Positions 32,059 through 42,407 of a stretch of DNA of 64,000 bases are shown in pieces. Both the position numbers and the translations under genes were made by a program. Origin of the DNA: a virus; the IMG/VR virus record IMGVR_UViG_3300032401_000002, positions 1 to 64,000 of that record; one strand, written 5' to 3'. The number at the start of each line of letters is the position of its first letter. The stretch's first letter is position 1. The notes under the pieces were generated by a model. That model made no database searches, had not been told where the DNA came from, and saw only the letters and a list, made by a program, of their open reading frames with translations.

Positions 32059-32383
32059 GCTTCCTCCTCTGCTCCTCTGAGTTGATCTTACGACCTTCAG
32101 GATGAGCACGGTAGTACATGCCGCTCACCAGGCCCGGCTCAGGTACGCCGTTCTCGTTCAGGATCTCACGCTTCTGGCGCTGATACAAATGCTCGGCGAA
32201 CAAGATGGGGTTGTCTCCACCGATGCCTCGCTCCTTGCCGGTTTCCTCGACTACCGACCGCGCTTCGTCACGGAGGAACTGATCAGCGATCTGCTCCATC
32301 TCGCGGGCAGTGTAATCCTTGCCCTCTTCGTACTCGATCCGATCATGCTTGTTATACGAGGGACGCCTCTTCCAACCACCCAT
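32036..32383 (-). CDS. hypothetical protein
   Basis: ORF in operon. Confidence 0.55.
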   Translation of the reverse strand: MGGWKRRPSYNKHDRIEYEEGKDYTAREMEQIADQFLRDEARSVVEETGKERGIGGDNPILFAEHLYQRQKREILNENGVPEPGLVSGMYYRAHPEGRKINSEEQRRKHGASYFR

Positions 32384-32385
32384 AT

Positions 32386-32730
32386 CTAGTTCGCTTCCTC
32401 TTCTGGCCATAAGTCTTTGGCGACCTGAAGCATTGCCTGCTCGACGTATTGGCCGACCGACACGGTCGTGATGCCCATACGTTCGGCAACATCCTTCTGC
32501 TTCTGGTCTACAATTACGTTCCAGTAAACGGCCTCTTTCTTGCGTTTGCTGAGTTTCTTGAGACAGGACTGGAGGTCAAGGAAGTTGATTGTTAGCCCCT
32601 TGTGCTTGATCTCCCAGTCGCCGGTGCGTAGACCGCCCTCCATTGGCTGCTGCCTACACAATGCCTCAAACGTTGTGTAGTTGCGAATAACCTCCCGTAG
32701 GATGCGGTGCTTCTGTGTTGGTTCAATCAT
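32386..32730 (-). CDS. sigma70 region-4-like HTH protein
   Basis: 'LSKRKKEAVYW..KQKDVAERMGITTVSVGQY'. Confidence 0.75.
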   Translation of the reverse strand: MIEPTQKHRILREVIRNYTTFEALCRQQPMEGGLRTGDWEIKHKGLTINFLDLQSCLKKLSKRKKEAVYWNVIVDQKQKDVAERMGITTVSVGQYVEQAMLQVAKDLWPEEEAN

Positions 32731-32740
32731 TACCCCCTCT

Positions 32741-32770
32741 CTATCGACACGAAAGGGACGTAGACTTTAG
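32741..32770 (-). promoter_or_regulatory. sigma28/WhiG-type promoter candidate
   Basis: CTAAAG-N16-GTCGATAG upstream of the packaging operon. Confidence 0.5.
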
Positions 32771-33192
32771 TTCTTCTTGGTGCCGCGCTTGACAACGCGC
32801 TTCTTACGTCGCAACGGACGCTTGTTGGTGACCCGGCCTTTGCGACCGTAACGCTCCTCGCCAAGAGCCGCCGTGGTCGGCGGATTCCTCAAATAGGCTA
32901 GAGTCTTCTCAAGCCACTCGATGGTCATCCATGTTGGAATGCGACGATTACATCCAGCGCACAAGATGCCGCGCGTCAGCCCCGACCCGTGATCGTGGTC
33001 TGTGTGCAATGGCTTCGGCTGCCCCTTGTTCTTGCCGTACTTGGTGTTCTTCTCTTTGCAGTGAGCGCAAACCCCGCCCTGGAACGCCAGGATGACATCC
33101 CACTCATCCGCTGTGATATCGAACTGATCCCGGAGCCTCTTGTCGCGTGCTGCTCGGCGTGTCTCTTCAGGCGTACGCTTAGGTGCGGCCAA
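32767..33192 (-). CDS. recombination endonuclease VII
   Basis: 'QGGVCAHC..LHTDHDH..TRGILCAGCN'. Confidence 0.9.
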   Translation of the reverse strand: MAAPKRTPEETRRAARDKRLRDQFDITADEWDVILAFQGGVCAHCKEKNTKYGKNKGQPKPLHTDHDHGSGLTRGILCAGCNRRIPTWMTIEWLEKTLAYLRNPPTTAALGEERYGRKGRVTNKRPLRRKKRVVKRGTKKN

Positions 33193-33964
33193 CGGGATCG
33201 AATCCCTTCGCAGGACACTCGACCGAATGGTCGCAAGTGCAGTCCGGCACGACACCCTCTACTTCACAGTCCACGACGTACTCCCACTTGTCGTAGATGT
33301 CCTCACAGAAATCATGATCTGCCGCAACGACGTGCTCCTTGAAACGATGCGGGCCATCCTTCTCGACGCACAAGATGATCGCCTGGTTGATGTCTTCCAA
33401 GTCCATGTAGAGCTTGACCTGGGCCTCGTACTTGGGCTGATTGGCCGAGCCGACAAAGTCCTGCGCGTAGATGCGCGACATCATTGTCTTGATGTCAACC
33501 AGGTACTCTCCCTTTCCGGGTAGGCGACATCGAGAGAAGTCAGCGAAACCCCGGATGCGGTAAGAGTTGCCCTTGTGGGTCACCAGACTGTCATCGAAGC
33601 AGTTGCCCTCCTTATCCCAGCCGTAGTCGTACTCTCGCTCGACCTCGCTCCACTTGCTGAACCCAAGCTCCTCGACCATGATGAACTGGATCAGACCATG
33701 GTACATGTGACCGATCATGAAGTTCTTCTGGGAGGTAGCATCGTGCTTAGCGTACTCGTGATCTCCCTGGCGCTCGATCCAAAGCTCGCGAGCACACTTG
33801 AGCGCACCCGATGGATGGAAGGCGTTGTCGTCTTCCTTGTTCGGGTGAACTGTGAACGGGATCTCGTCCGGCATCTCGCCGTTGGCGAACCAGTTGTTCA
33901 GGTAAGGAACGAGAATCTCATTCCGTGCCATGTGCTTGGCGAACTTGTTACTGAGCTTAACCAT
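33179..33964 (-). CDS. Cas4-like PD-(D/E)XK exonuclease
   Basis: 'HPS..CAR..G..H..GFAD..VDIKT..QVKLYM' plus C-terminal Cys cluster. Confidence 0.8.
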   Translation of the reverse strand: MVKLSNKFAKHMARNEILVPYLNNWFANGEMPDEIPFTVHPNKEDDNAFHPSGALKCARELWIERQGDHEYAKHDATSQKNFMIGHMYHGLIQFIMVEELGFSKWSEVEREYDYGWDKEGNCFDDSLVTHKGNSYRIRGFADFSRCRLPGKGEYLVDIKTMMSRIYAQDFVGSANQPKYEAQVKLYMDLEDINQAIILCVEKDGPHRFKEHVVAADHDFCEDIYDKWEYVVDCEVEGVVPDCTCDHSVECPAKGFDPVGRT

Positions 33965-34326
33965 TACTCGGCGTACCGACCTCTCCTGTCGTCATCTATT
34001 AATCGGGCTATGATGTCTACGTTACCATCCTCATCGGACAGCACTGAATCCGGGCAATAGATCCTGAGAGCCATAACAGGCTGGCGACCCTCACTCCACG
34101 CCTCGTCTGCGATCTTCTCGAAGTCGTCCAGCTTGATCGAGACCGAGCGGGCTGGCTTGTCGAACGTGCCCCGATGCTTGCACTCGATCAAGAGCTTGGC
34201 GGTGCGCACATCACCTTGATCGGTTACGCTCCCGCCACTAGACAGCGAGCGCTTGCCTGCGAATCGGCGAGCGATCTCGTCCTCCTGCCGGACGCTGAGC
34301 CATTTGGTTGATCCTCTCTTAGCCAA
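33964..34326 (-). CDS. Holliday junction resolvase (PD-(D/E)XK type)
   Basis: 'QEDEIARRF..SSGG..DQGDV..LIECKH'; TTG start inferred. Confidence 0.75.
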   Translation of the reverse strand: MAKRGSTKWLSVRQEDEIARRFAGKRSLSSGGSVTDQGDVRTAKLLIECKHRGTFDKPARSVSIKLDDFEKIADEAWSEGRQPVMALRIYCPDSVLSDEDGNVDIIARLIDDDRRGRYAE

Positions 34327-35016
34327 GGGGAAGGAACTGGGAGTAGGGAGACTCGCCACCAAGCGCGGGATGCAAGGGTCGATTGGTCTTACCCTCGACG
34401 TACTGATCGACACGAGGGGCACTGTTGCCGTGGGCGATCTTGCGGAACTCCTTAGCTTGCTCCACCAGGTCGGACAACTCATCGTACGCAACCTGAACCA
34501 GATCGCCCTGGTCATACTCGCCTGAGTAGAGCACGTCTTCGATGGAGCCGATGTAGAGGCGCGACTCAGCCATCAGAATCCATCCAGGTAGTCGCGGAGA
34601 TCGCTCTTGGCGAGGGAGTTTCCCTCGTCTCGACCCAGGTCTCGTCCTTCTTCGTATCCCGTGTCATACCCTCGTTGCCACGCACTGTCATTCGCATCCT
34701 CCTGCTGGATCTCTCGTTGCTCCTGGACGGCCTCTTCGACCAACCTCTCGACATGCTCCGCGTATGCGTTCAACACATGTCGCATCTCGGTATTGGGCTT
34801 AGTGATCTGTCCACCCGTGATCTCGTCGTACAAACCGGGGATACCCTCCATCATGGTACGGAAGTCGTAAAGCTCGCGCTTGATCTGGTCGAGGCTGACA
34901 CCATCGAAGTCTCGATCTGCCACGCGGGCGAATCGATCCGTGGCAGGTAGATCCCTTGCCTTCAAGATAGGCAACCAGAACTTCTGCCACACAGCCTCAA
35001 CATCGTGCTCAGCCAC
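34319..35016 (-). other. two hypothetical genes (34319-34573, 34573-35016)
   Basis: Consecutive ORFs. Confidence 0.55.
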
Positions 35017-35473
35017 CAGTCCGAGCCTCCTTGGAAGCGCGATATTCCTCCTGGGTCATGCCCCGCTCCTGCGCGAGGAGTTGCTCGAAGGTGCGTCGGC
35101 GCGACGGATGCAGCGTATCACTCGCGTTGAGCTTCCAGGTTTCTCGCTCCTCGGGGGTGATGAGACGCTCGTTCTCCTCGTCAGACCAGTGCTCCTGGTA
35201 CGCTCGCAGGTATGGCTTCGGCTCCTCTTCAACCAATTCGTACGTGGCCTCGAAGATATCCGGCTTGCAGGGATAGAACTCACCCTGGATACCCTTGATG
35301 ATGTAGTCGCCGACCGAGACGCGCATGTCGCCTTCGAGAGTCGGGATGATCAAGCTAGGGCCACGCTCTTCAGGGTCAATGATGGTCGGGCAGAACGCAA
35401 GGCACTCGATGTCGTTCCAACCTTCGTACCTGACGGCCTCAATCACGACGGGCTTCTTACGATACTTGGGCAT
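35009..35473 (-). CDS. conserved phage protein
   Basis: 'KYRKKPVVIEAV..IPTLEG..GDYIIKGIQGEFYPCKPDIFEATY'. Confidence 0.75.
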   Translation of the reverse strand: MPKYRKKPVVIEAVRYEGWNDIECLAFCPTIIDPEERGPSLIIPTLEGDMRVSVGDYIIKGIQGEFYPCKPDIFEATYELVEEEPKPYLRAYQEHWSDEENERLITPEERETWKLNASDTLHPSRRRTFEQLLAQERGMTQEEYRASKEARTGG

Positions 35474-35678
35474 GCTGTCTCCTCTCGACGTGGAACCCAT
35501 TGTCTGTCTTGACAATGCGATCCCCACAATATGCGGTCTCGGTACCCTCGGGGGTATCGACTTCAATCCTCTCGTCCTCCATGTAAGAGCGCCCGTTGCA
35601 CCACTCAGCCAACTCCATCCAAGCGTCTAGTGCGTCAAGGCTAACCTCTGTGGGAACGTCACGATGCTGCTGCGGCAT
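35457..35678 (-). CDS. hypothetical protein, resembles its neighbour
   Basis: 'DTPEG..GDRIVK..GF' similar to the adjacent gene. Confidence 0.5.
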   Translation of the reverse strand: MPQQHRDVPTEVSLDALDAWMELAEWCNGRSYMEDERIEVDTPEGTETAYCGDRIVKTDNGFHVERRQHAQVS

Positions 35679-36759
35679 CCTCGACCTCCGGTACGACTTC
35701 GAGTACGGTGCGAGTGTTGCGGTCGAGCATCACCTGAAGCACCTGGACACGAATCATCTCCACCGTGTCAGGCCGCGCTTCGAGATGCGCCACAACCTTG
35801 TCCCACCCCTTGACTGTCGTGCCGTCCGGGAGATCGTACATGCTCCCCCTGACCGGGATAACTCCCGTGCGCTTGCCCGTCTGGATGATGTCCGTGAAGG
35901 CATCGATCCCGAAGGGGTAGTCGTCTGTCTCGGCGTAGTAGTAGTCGAACAGAGCCTTATGACCCGTACCCTCGGTCATCTTGTTGCGCACGATGTGTGC
36001 AACGATCTCCTGACCGATCTGCACGTCCGTGCCGTTCTGCTTCACGGAGAAGCGGTTCTTGCCACGCTTCAACTGGACGATGATCGACTCGTGGTGCTCC
36101 AGAGCGTGACCACCCGGCTGTGCAACCAGACCAGGGATACGAGACTGCATGTCGTCGCGCACCTGATTGAGCAGGATCACGCATACGTCATTCTTCCACG
36201 CCAGCGGCGCTGCGGTCTTGACAGCCCAGGTGATCAGCCCTGCCTGGCCACCGACGCGAGGCTTCCCGTCGTCGCCCATCTCCTTCTCGGAGATCACGGC
36301 CCCGATAGAGTCGAAGATGACCAAATCGACAGCGCGGCTCTTGACGATCTTGTGGAGCATCGAGAAGGCTTCCTCGCCAGTCGTCGGGTAGGCCACCAAC
36401 ATGTCATCAGTCTTGACGCCGTTCTTGCGCGCCCACTTCTCATCGAAAGGCTCGTAGGCAATCCAGGCAACGTTCATGTCGAGTTGCTGAGCGTTGCGAG
36501 CAGCGTTCAAACCGACCATCGATGACTTGCCGATGTCCCGTGGGCCGAAGACGCCGACGAGGTAGCCAAGCGGCCACCCTCCCGTCCCTAGCTCGTAGTC
36601 GAGTGCGAGCGAACCAGTCGGGATCGACATGAGGGTCTTCTGGAGACCTCCACGGACAGCCGTGCTCTGGCCGAATGTCTTGGTGATGTCGGCAGCAAGG
36701 AAGTCGAGATCCTCGCGCCTCTTGTCCTGCGTGGGTGTAGTCTTCTGCTTGGCTTTCAT
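35659..36759 (-). CDS. recA: RecA-like recombinase
   Basis: 'IPTGSLALDYELG.GG.P..GPRDIGKSS..VIFDSI..LNQVR..PGGHALEH'. Confidence 0.93.
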   Translation of the reverse strand: MKAKQKTTPTQDKRREDLDFLAADITKTFGQSTAVRGGLQKTLMSIPTGSLALDYELGTGGWPLGYLVGVFGPRDIGKSSMVGLNAARNAQQLDMNVAWIAYEPFDEKWARKNGVKTDDMLVAYPTTGEEAFSMLHKIVKSRAVDLVIFDSIGAVISEKEMGDDGKPRVGGQAGLITWAVKTAAPLAWKNDVCVILLNQVRDDMQSRIPGLVAQPGGHALEHHESIIVQLKRGKNRFSVKQNGTDVQIGQEIVAHIVRNKMTEGTGHKALFDYYYAETDDYPFGIDAFTDIIQTGKRTGVIPVRGSMYDLPDGTTVKGWDKVVAHLEARPDTVEMIRVQVLQVMLDRNTRTVLEVVPEVEDAAAAS

Positions 36760-39700
36760 GTCAGCTTGTACCCTTTCTTGAGCTTTGCGCCCCTAGCCCC
36801 CGTTTCGAGGGTGAACTCTCCCAGCACTCGTGGCTTCAACATGTAGCTGAAGTCCTCGTACTCCTGAGGGAAGGCGGCGAACGTGACCTCTTCGCCTTTC
36901 CACTGTATTGTAACCTTAGCCCATGGGGCACCAGGCTTCCACTTGGCATCGTCCTTGTTCTTGCGTGGCTCCACCTTGGTGATGACTCCAGGCACCTTGA
37001 TCTCGGTCTTCTCGGTTTCCGAAGCTCCCGCCAGTGGAGCACAAGCCTCAAGCCGCTCGATGTTCTTCTCGATGAGATCGGCATTCGTGTCGGTCAGTGA
37101 CACACCAAGGAAGAACTCCTCGAAGTCGTAGATGGCCTGCGCGGTTGGTAGGTCAGTCCGCTCGTAGCCTGTAGCGCTACATGCTACGCAGTCTGCATAG
37201 CTACGCTTGTCGGGGTCGGGCTTGTACTTGCCACGTCCGTCGCACTGCGAGCACTTGGTCAAGCGGTACCCGAATGCGTCGAACGCTCCAGCGGCCATCA
37301 GAGCCTCACGGTAGTTCTTCTTCATCACGACAGGAGACTCGTTGATCGCCTTGTTGAAGAAGTCTTCGGGCGACTCGAAGGGGCCGTTATCGAGACACCA
37401 CTGCGCCGGGATGTCTCCCAGACCCTTCACGTCACGAAGACCGAACAAGATGTCGTTATCCACCTTGGAGATGACGATGTTAGACCTGTTGATGTCGGGC
37501 GGTAGCACACTTACGCCGATGCGACGAGCCTCGTTGATGTAGGCCGCGACCTTCTTGGGCGCTGTAGTGATAGACGCCATCACGAACTCAGTCGGCCACC
37601 TTCGCTTAGCGTACATCGTCCAGGCCAGGATCAGCCCGTACCCAACCGCGTGGGATTTGTTGAAGCTGTACTTCGAGAAGTCCTCGATGGACTTCCAGAT
37701 GTTCTCGGCAGTCCCCTTGGGCATGTGCTGCATCGCCTTCTCCATGTAGATCGGGAACTCAGCCTTCATCTCTTCGCCGAGCTTCTTGCCCAGGATCTTG
37801 CGAATGTGGTCGGCGTCAGACAAGCTGTACCCGATCTCACGGAAGTACGCAATCACTTGCTCCTGGTAGAGGAAGTCTCCGTAGGTTGGTTCGAGGATTC
37901 CTTCCAGGATCGGATGAGGGTATGTGGTGTCTTCCTCTCCGTTGCGGCGAGCCAGGAAGCGATCAACGACCCCACCACGGAGAGGGCCGGGTCGGTTGAG
38001 TGCAACAATCGCTGCGAGATCTTCAACACTTCGCGGTCGAATGTGCTTGCCAATCCTCTTCGCAGCGAATCCCTCTTCGACCTGAAATAGCCCAAGGGTG
38101 TGTCCATTGTCGATAAGCTCCCAGTAGCTGTCAGCCAGCGTGTTGTAGTTGACCTCGTTGCGGAAGTGATTAGCCACCTTGACCATGGCTTCACGAGCCT
38201 CGGGGTGACCTTCCACGAACTCTCCGCGATTACGGGCCTCGATGATCTCAGCGACCTTAGGGCCGAGCACGGCAGGGTCACCGAAGTCGCCGCCCATGAT
38301 AGCGGTCAGCATCAGAGTGTCCAAGTTGCGCAGACCCAAGAAGTCAAACTTAGGGAAGCCCTCCTTCTCGACCTGATGCATCTCAGCCTGCGTGACGATC
38401 ACCTTGCGCTTCTCGTCGTCCGATGCCATGCGTGCAGGAAGGTGGTCGGCGAGATCCACACTAGAGATCACGACAGCAGATGCGTGAACACCGTACGTCG
38501 AGATGCGACCTTCAAGGAGCTTGGCTAGAGCAAACAGTTGCGGCTCTTGCTCCTGCCAATAGGCGAGAGGGTGATCGGTGCCGTCACGGTCAGCCCAGTC
38601 CTGGAGAGTGTCCCACATGTCGTCCCAGTCGAGAGCCTGACCGGCGTCGGTCGTGGACTCGATGATCTCCTTGACCTTGACCATCAGTCCGTAAGGGGGC
38701 TTATCGTACAACACAGCGCCCGCCTTGTCAATGGCTGATTTCGGTCGAATGAAGATGTGGTTACCAACGGGGAGAACACGAGCAGGCCCGTACTTGCGCT
38801 TGACGTACTCGATCATGAACTGACGAGCACTCCGCTCGAAGTCGATGTCGATGTCAGGGAGTCCGTCCGCACGACCGGGGTTCCAGAAGCGCTCGAACTG
38901 CAACCCGTACTTGATCGGGTCGATAGCGGTGATGCCAAGAGCGTACGCGATGATGGAGCCACCAACCGACCCTCGACCCGGCCCGATAAGGCCACCATGC
39001 CGGATAGCGTGGTTGATGAAGTCCCAGACAATCAAGAAGTAGTCATGGAGACCAGCCTCGATGATGGCCTTCAACTCAAACTCAGATCGCTCCCATGCTT
39101 CATCCCAGACAGCGTCAGTGGCGTCCTGGTAGCGCTCCGTGATCCCCTCGGCCACGAGGTCAATCAGAAGCTGCTTAGTGTCAGTGGCATCATCCTCCTT
39201 GAGCTTGAACTTCGGGAGGTAGAGACCAGGCTTGGGCAACTCGAAGCGGCACTGCTCCATGATCGCGTCGGAGTTGCTGATAGCCTGATTGACAATTGAC
39301 TCCGGGAGATGATCGAGGCACTTGCGCACTTCGGCCTCACCCATGATGTACAGAGACTGAGGGTGGTAACAGTCAGGGTTGTCAGGATTGTTAACGACGA
39401 ACTTGCCGTCCACCTTGCGACCCTTGATGTCATCCAGCTTGGAGTTGTACTGCGCGCAGATCAGAGCCTCATGAACGGGCCACAGTTCGGGTGAAGTGTA
39501 GTGAGCATCGTTGGCGTACAGGACACCAATGCCCTTGTCGTTCGCGATCCCGACGAGCGTCTGGTTCAGATCACGCTGCAAGTCAGTGTTGTAGGTCGAA
39601 AGCTCGATGTAGAAGTCATCACCGAAGATCTCTCCGAGCTTGTCGAGCGGCTCGCGGTTGCCATCCTCCAGGAGACTCTTGTTGACAAGAGACCCGATGC

Positions 39701-40142
39701 ACGCCGTGGTGCAGATCAGACCTTCGCGGTACTTCTTGAGGAGATCCCAGTCCACGCGGGCGTCGTAGTAGAACCCCGTACGATGGGCCTCGTCCGAGAT
39801 CCTCAGGAGGTTCTGGTACCCCTTGTACCCTTTGGCCAACAAGATCAAGTGGAAGGCATCCTGCCCCTTCTTGAAGGGAACGCCGTCGAGCTTGGTGTCC
39901 GTGCGTGAGTTGCGAGCCTGGTAGGCTTCCATACCCAGGCCGAATGACAGGTCACGCTTGATCCCCTTCTTCTTGTCCTTCCATGTCATCGCATCCGCAA
40001 ATGACGTTAGACCAGCCACGGTGCCGTGGTCAGTCAGGAAGGCACCGGGGAGTCCAAGCTCCTCGATGCGGTCAGCGATCTCGAAGGTCTTCGAATACCC
40101 ATCGAGGGCACTGTACTCGCTATGGTTGTGGATTGGGATCAA
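36756..40142 (-). CDS. dnaE: DNA polymerase III alpha subunit
   Basis: PHP domain (HNHSEYS, TDHG, NDAHY); GPGRGS, PDIDIDF, KFDFLGL, YSFNKSHA. Confidence 0.96.
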   Translation of the reverse strand: MIPIHNHSEYSALDGYSKTFEIADRIEELGLPGAFLTDHGTVAGLTSFADAMTWKDKKKGIKRDLSFGLGMEAYQARNSRTDTKLDGVPFKKGQDAFHLILLAKGYKGYQNLLRISDEAHRTGFYYDARVDWDLLKKYREGLICTTACIGSLVNKSLLEDGNREPLDKLGEIFGDDFYIELSTYNTDLQRDLNQTLVGIANDKGIGVLYANDAHYTSPELWPVHEALICAQYNSKLDDIKGRKVDGKFVVNNPDNPDCYHPQSLYIMGEAEVRKCLDHLPESIVNQAISNSDAIMEQCRFELPKPGLYLPKFKLKEDDATDTKQLLIDLVAEGITERYQDATDAVWDEAWERSEFELKAIIEAGLHDYFLIVWDFINHAIRHGGLIGPGRGSVGGSIIAYALGITAIDPIKYGLQFERFWNPGRADGLPDIDIDFERSARQFMIEYVKRKYGPARVLPVGNHIFIRPKSAIDKAGAVLYDKPPYGLMVKVKEIIESTTDAGQALDWDDMWDTLQDWADRDGTDHPLAYWQEQEPQLFALAKLLEGRISTYGVHASAVVISSVDLADHLPARMASDDEKRKVIVTQAEMHQVEKEGFPKFDFLGLRNLDTLMLTAIMGGDFGDPAVLGPKVAEIIEARNRGEFVEGHPEAREAMVKVANHFRNEVNYNTLADSYWELIDNGHTLGLFQVEEGFAAKRIGKHIRPRSVEDLAAIVALNRPGPLRGGVVDRFLARRNGEEDTTYPHPILEGILEPTYGDFLYQEQVIAYFREIGYSLSDADHIRKILGKKLGEEMKAEFPIYMEKAMQHMPKGTAENIWKSIEDFSKYSFNKSHAVGYGLILAWTMYAKRRWPTEFVMASITTAPKKVAAYINEARRIGVSVLPPDINRSNIVISKVDNDILFGLRDVKGLGDIPAQWCLDNGPFESPEDFFNKAINESPVVMKKNYREALMAAGAFDAFGYRLTKCSQCDGRGKYKPDPDKRSYADCVACSATGYERTDLPTAQAIYDFEEFFLGVSLTDTNADLIEKNIERLEACAPLAGASETEKTEIKVPGVITKVEPRKNKDDAKWKPGAPWAKVTIQWKGEEVTFAAFPQEYEDFSYMLKPRVLGEFTLETGARGAKLKKGYKLT

Positions 40143-40202
40143 GGCTCTAAGTGTAGCACTCGAAGGGGGAGGGAGTGACCCCTCCCCCGCCGAAGTGAGT
40201 GC

Positions 40203-41126
40203 CTACTCGTCGTCCTCGGCCGGTGCTGCCTTCTTGGCAACGTCAGCCTTGAGGTTGTCGAAGTTACGACGACGGCGTGCGGGCTTGGTCTCCTCCGCAG
40301 GCTCGTCTCCGTCTCCATCGTCCTCTTCCGGCTCGACAACGGCCCTGCGAGAGCGTGTGCTCTTGCTGCCGCCCGACGCCTTACCTGACTTCTTGTTGCG
40401 CTCCTTGTTGTACGGATTGACAACGAAGTCGTCCGGCAGCGGGGCGATGATCTCCCGCATGCGATCCTCGTCTGCCCAGTCATCGAGCAGAGCCTCGAAG
40501 TCGAACTCTTCGAAGAACTCTTCGAGATCCTCTTCGATGCCATCGAGGGCATCTCCGACCGGCACGAACGTGTAGTTCGTGGAGGTCTTCTCACCCGTGC
40601 GAGTCACGGCGAAGACCGTCTCCTCGATGGGCTTGATGTCATCGTTGACCACGAGCGCGTTCCAGAAGTTGAACGGCGACTGGACAACCAGCCCGACTGC
40701 CGGAACCTCAACAGTCTCACCATCCTTGTTCTCGAACTGCCGTGTCGCGATGTCGAAGCCCACGAGCGTCTGGCGCTTGGTGCCAGTCTTCTTCTCGTAG
40801 ATCGGCTCCAACTCCACCGCGAGACCGATGGTCTTGTTGGTCGGCTTCTCGCCGAACCTGTCCATCAGTTCGTCGTACCCGTCCGATCCGTCGAGCACGG
40901 GATCGCGCCGAGAGATGAACGTGTTGTAGACCGGCCCGCCATCCTCGCGCTCGCCAGTGATGACGAAGTCATGAAGAAGAACGGTGGGCGTGTCGTCAAG
41001 CGCCGACAAGAACTGGATGTACTTCGTCTTGTTGGCCTCGAACTTGAAGCGCGGTGTGAACTTCCCACCTGTCGAACGTGTTGCTGCGGCGGCGATGCTG
41101 TCGCCACCAGTGCGGAACTTAGCCAT
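40203..41126 (-). CDS. putative single-stranded DNA-binding protein
   Basis: Next to the polymerase; acidic C-terminal tail. Confidence 0.6.
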   Translation of the reverse strand: MAKFRTGGDSIAAAATRSTGGKFTPRFKFEANKTKYIQFLSALDDTPTVLLHDFVITGEREDGGPVYNTFISRRDPVLDGSDGYDELMDRFGEKPTNKTIGLAVELEPIYEKKTGTKRQTLVGFDIATRQFENKDGETVEVPAVGLVVQSPFNFWNALVVNDDIKPIEETVFAVTRTGEKTSTNYTFVPVGDALDGIEEDLEEFFEEFDFEALLDDWADEDRMREIIAPLPDDFVVNPYNKERNKKSGKASGGSKSTRSRRAVVEPEEDDGDGDEPAEETKPARRRRNFDNLKADVAKKAAPAEDDE

Positions 41127-41339
41127 GTGACCTCCGTTTGGTGTGCTTGATTGGCTATGCTAAGCGTAGCATACGCTTAGGGAGGCAACTACTTCTTGGT
41201 GCAGGAACAGTTGCCGTCGCACTTACATGCGAGCTTCTTGCCGGTCTTAGCAACAGACGCTGCCAGAACTGGCTCGACCTTCTCGACCTTCTGATACTTC
41301 ACGAATGCCATAGTTGTACCTCCAACCTTTAGGGTTCGC

Positions 41340-42407
41340 TTAGGCTCCAAATGAGGGTCTGCAACGGTCGATTAAATCGTGAATCTCATCGTCTTCGAGA
41401 TCGGCCAAATCGCCCTTCTCAAGCGCTACATTGGGCACTACGAAAGTCGCTGCGAGGTCGCTCAAGCGGGCCGTCAATTCCTTGAGGGCTTTCTGCCCAG
41501 CACCCTTCACCAAGACACCCTTGGCGTTCACGTAATCTGGGTCGGAGTCGTACGACAAGACAAGCATGCCGAGTGCTCCAAGAAGACGTACCTGCACGTC
41601 GGAGACGCTTGCTCCGAAGGTAGCCACAGCGGTGTAATCAAGCTCGTGCAACCGATGGACGGTGAACACACTCTCAACAACAATCACAGGCTCTCCCCGG
41701 CGTGCAGCTTCCACAGCCCGGCCCCAGTTGTACAGGGTCTGAGCCTTCGGGAAGTCATCAGAGTTGGTGTACTTCGGTACCCACTTGGGGCGATCTTCCT
41801 CGATCCACCGCTCCTGGTACCCTACGAGCCTGTCCTCCCAGTAGTGAGGAATGACGATGGCCGGTGCGACGTACTCTTTGCCGCCCTTGATCCTTCTGCG
41901 CTCGGAGTCATACTTGATCTGGAAATCCTCGACCGTCTGAGGGTCTTTGATGCCCCACTTGTCCAGCAAGGCCACAGGAGCCGATTCTAGCTTCTCAATG
42001 ACCGAATTGGAGTAGTAGGGAAGGGTAACCCCTCGACGCCTCTTAGAAGGCGTCTCAGAGCGTTCTAGGTACCCTTGTAGCTGCTTCATGAAAGCCACAT
42101 CGTCTTCGCCGTCAACATCGGCGTCAGAGAAGGGTGCCAGGTATCGCAGAGCCTCGTCCCACGAGACTATGCCCAACACCTTCATGGCCAGAGATGGCAA
42201 GATACCACCCTCGTTGCATGTGAAGCAATTCCACAAGAAGGTGTCATCGTTGACAGAGAATGACGGGTTGGCATCGGCCCCCGGATGTGTCGGCAGGGGA
42301 CAAGAGGCGAAGTGCTCGCCACGGTTGACGTAGTTGACCCGGACACCCATTTCATCCAGGACTTCTTCTAGTCTCAGTGACTGGCTGATGTCATCCCAGG
42401 TAACCAC
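41340..42407 (-). CDS. DNA primase
   Basis: CHC2 finger (CPL..H..PSFSV..CFTC); TOPRIM (VVES, YDSD, GDLAD). Confidence 0.9.
   Translation of the reverse strand: MVTWDDISQSLRLEEVLDEMGVRVNYVNRGEHFASCPLPTHPGADANPSFSVNDDTFLWNCFTCNEGGILPSLAMKVLGIVSWDEALRYLAPFSDADVDGEDDVAFMKQLQGYLERSETPSKRRRGVTLPYYSNSVIEKLESAPVALLDKWGIKDPQTVEDFQIKYDSERRRIKGGKEYVAPAIVIPHYWEDRLVGYQERWIEEDRPKWVPKYTNSDDFPKAQTLYNWGRAVEAARRGEPVIVVESVFTVHRLHELDYTAVATFGASVSDVQVRLLGALGMLVLSYDSDPDYVNAKGVLVKGAGQKALKELTARLSDLAATFVVPNVALEKGDLADLEDDEIHDLIDRCRPSFGA

Noticed and set aside
33179-33964. CRISPR-Cas system suggested by the Cas4-like gene
   Set aside because: No repeat-spacer array or other cas genes are seen; solo Cas4-like nucleases are common in phage recombination modules
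34238-34326. Programmed frameshift at the resolvase start (out-of-frame ATG at 34303)
   Set aside because: An in-frame TTG at 34326 gives a plausible N-terminus without a frameshift
35596-36525. Long plus-strand ORFs opposite recA, dnaE, the CCA gene and others
   Set aside because: These are antisense shadows caused by GC-rich codon bias and contain no recognisable motifs
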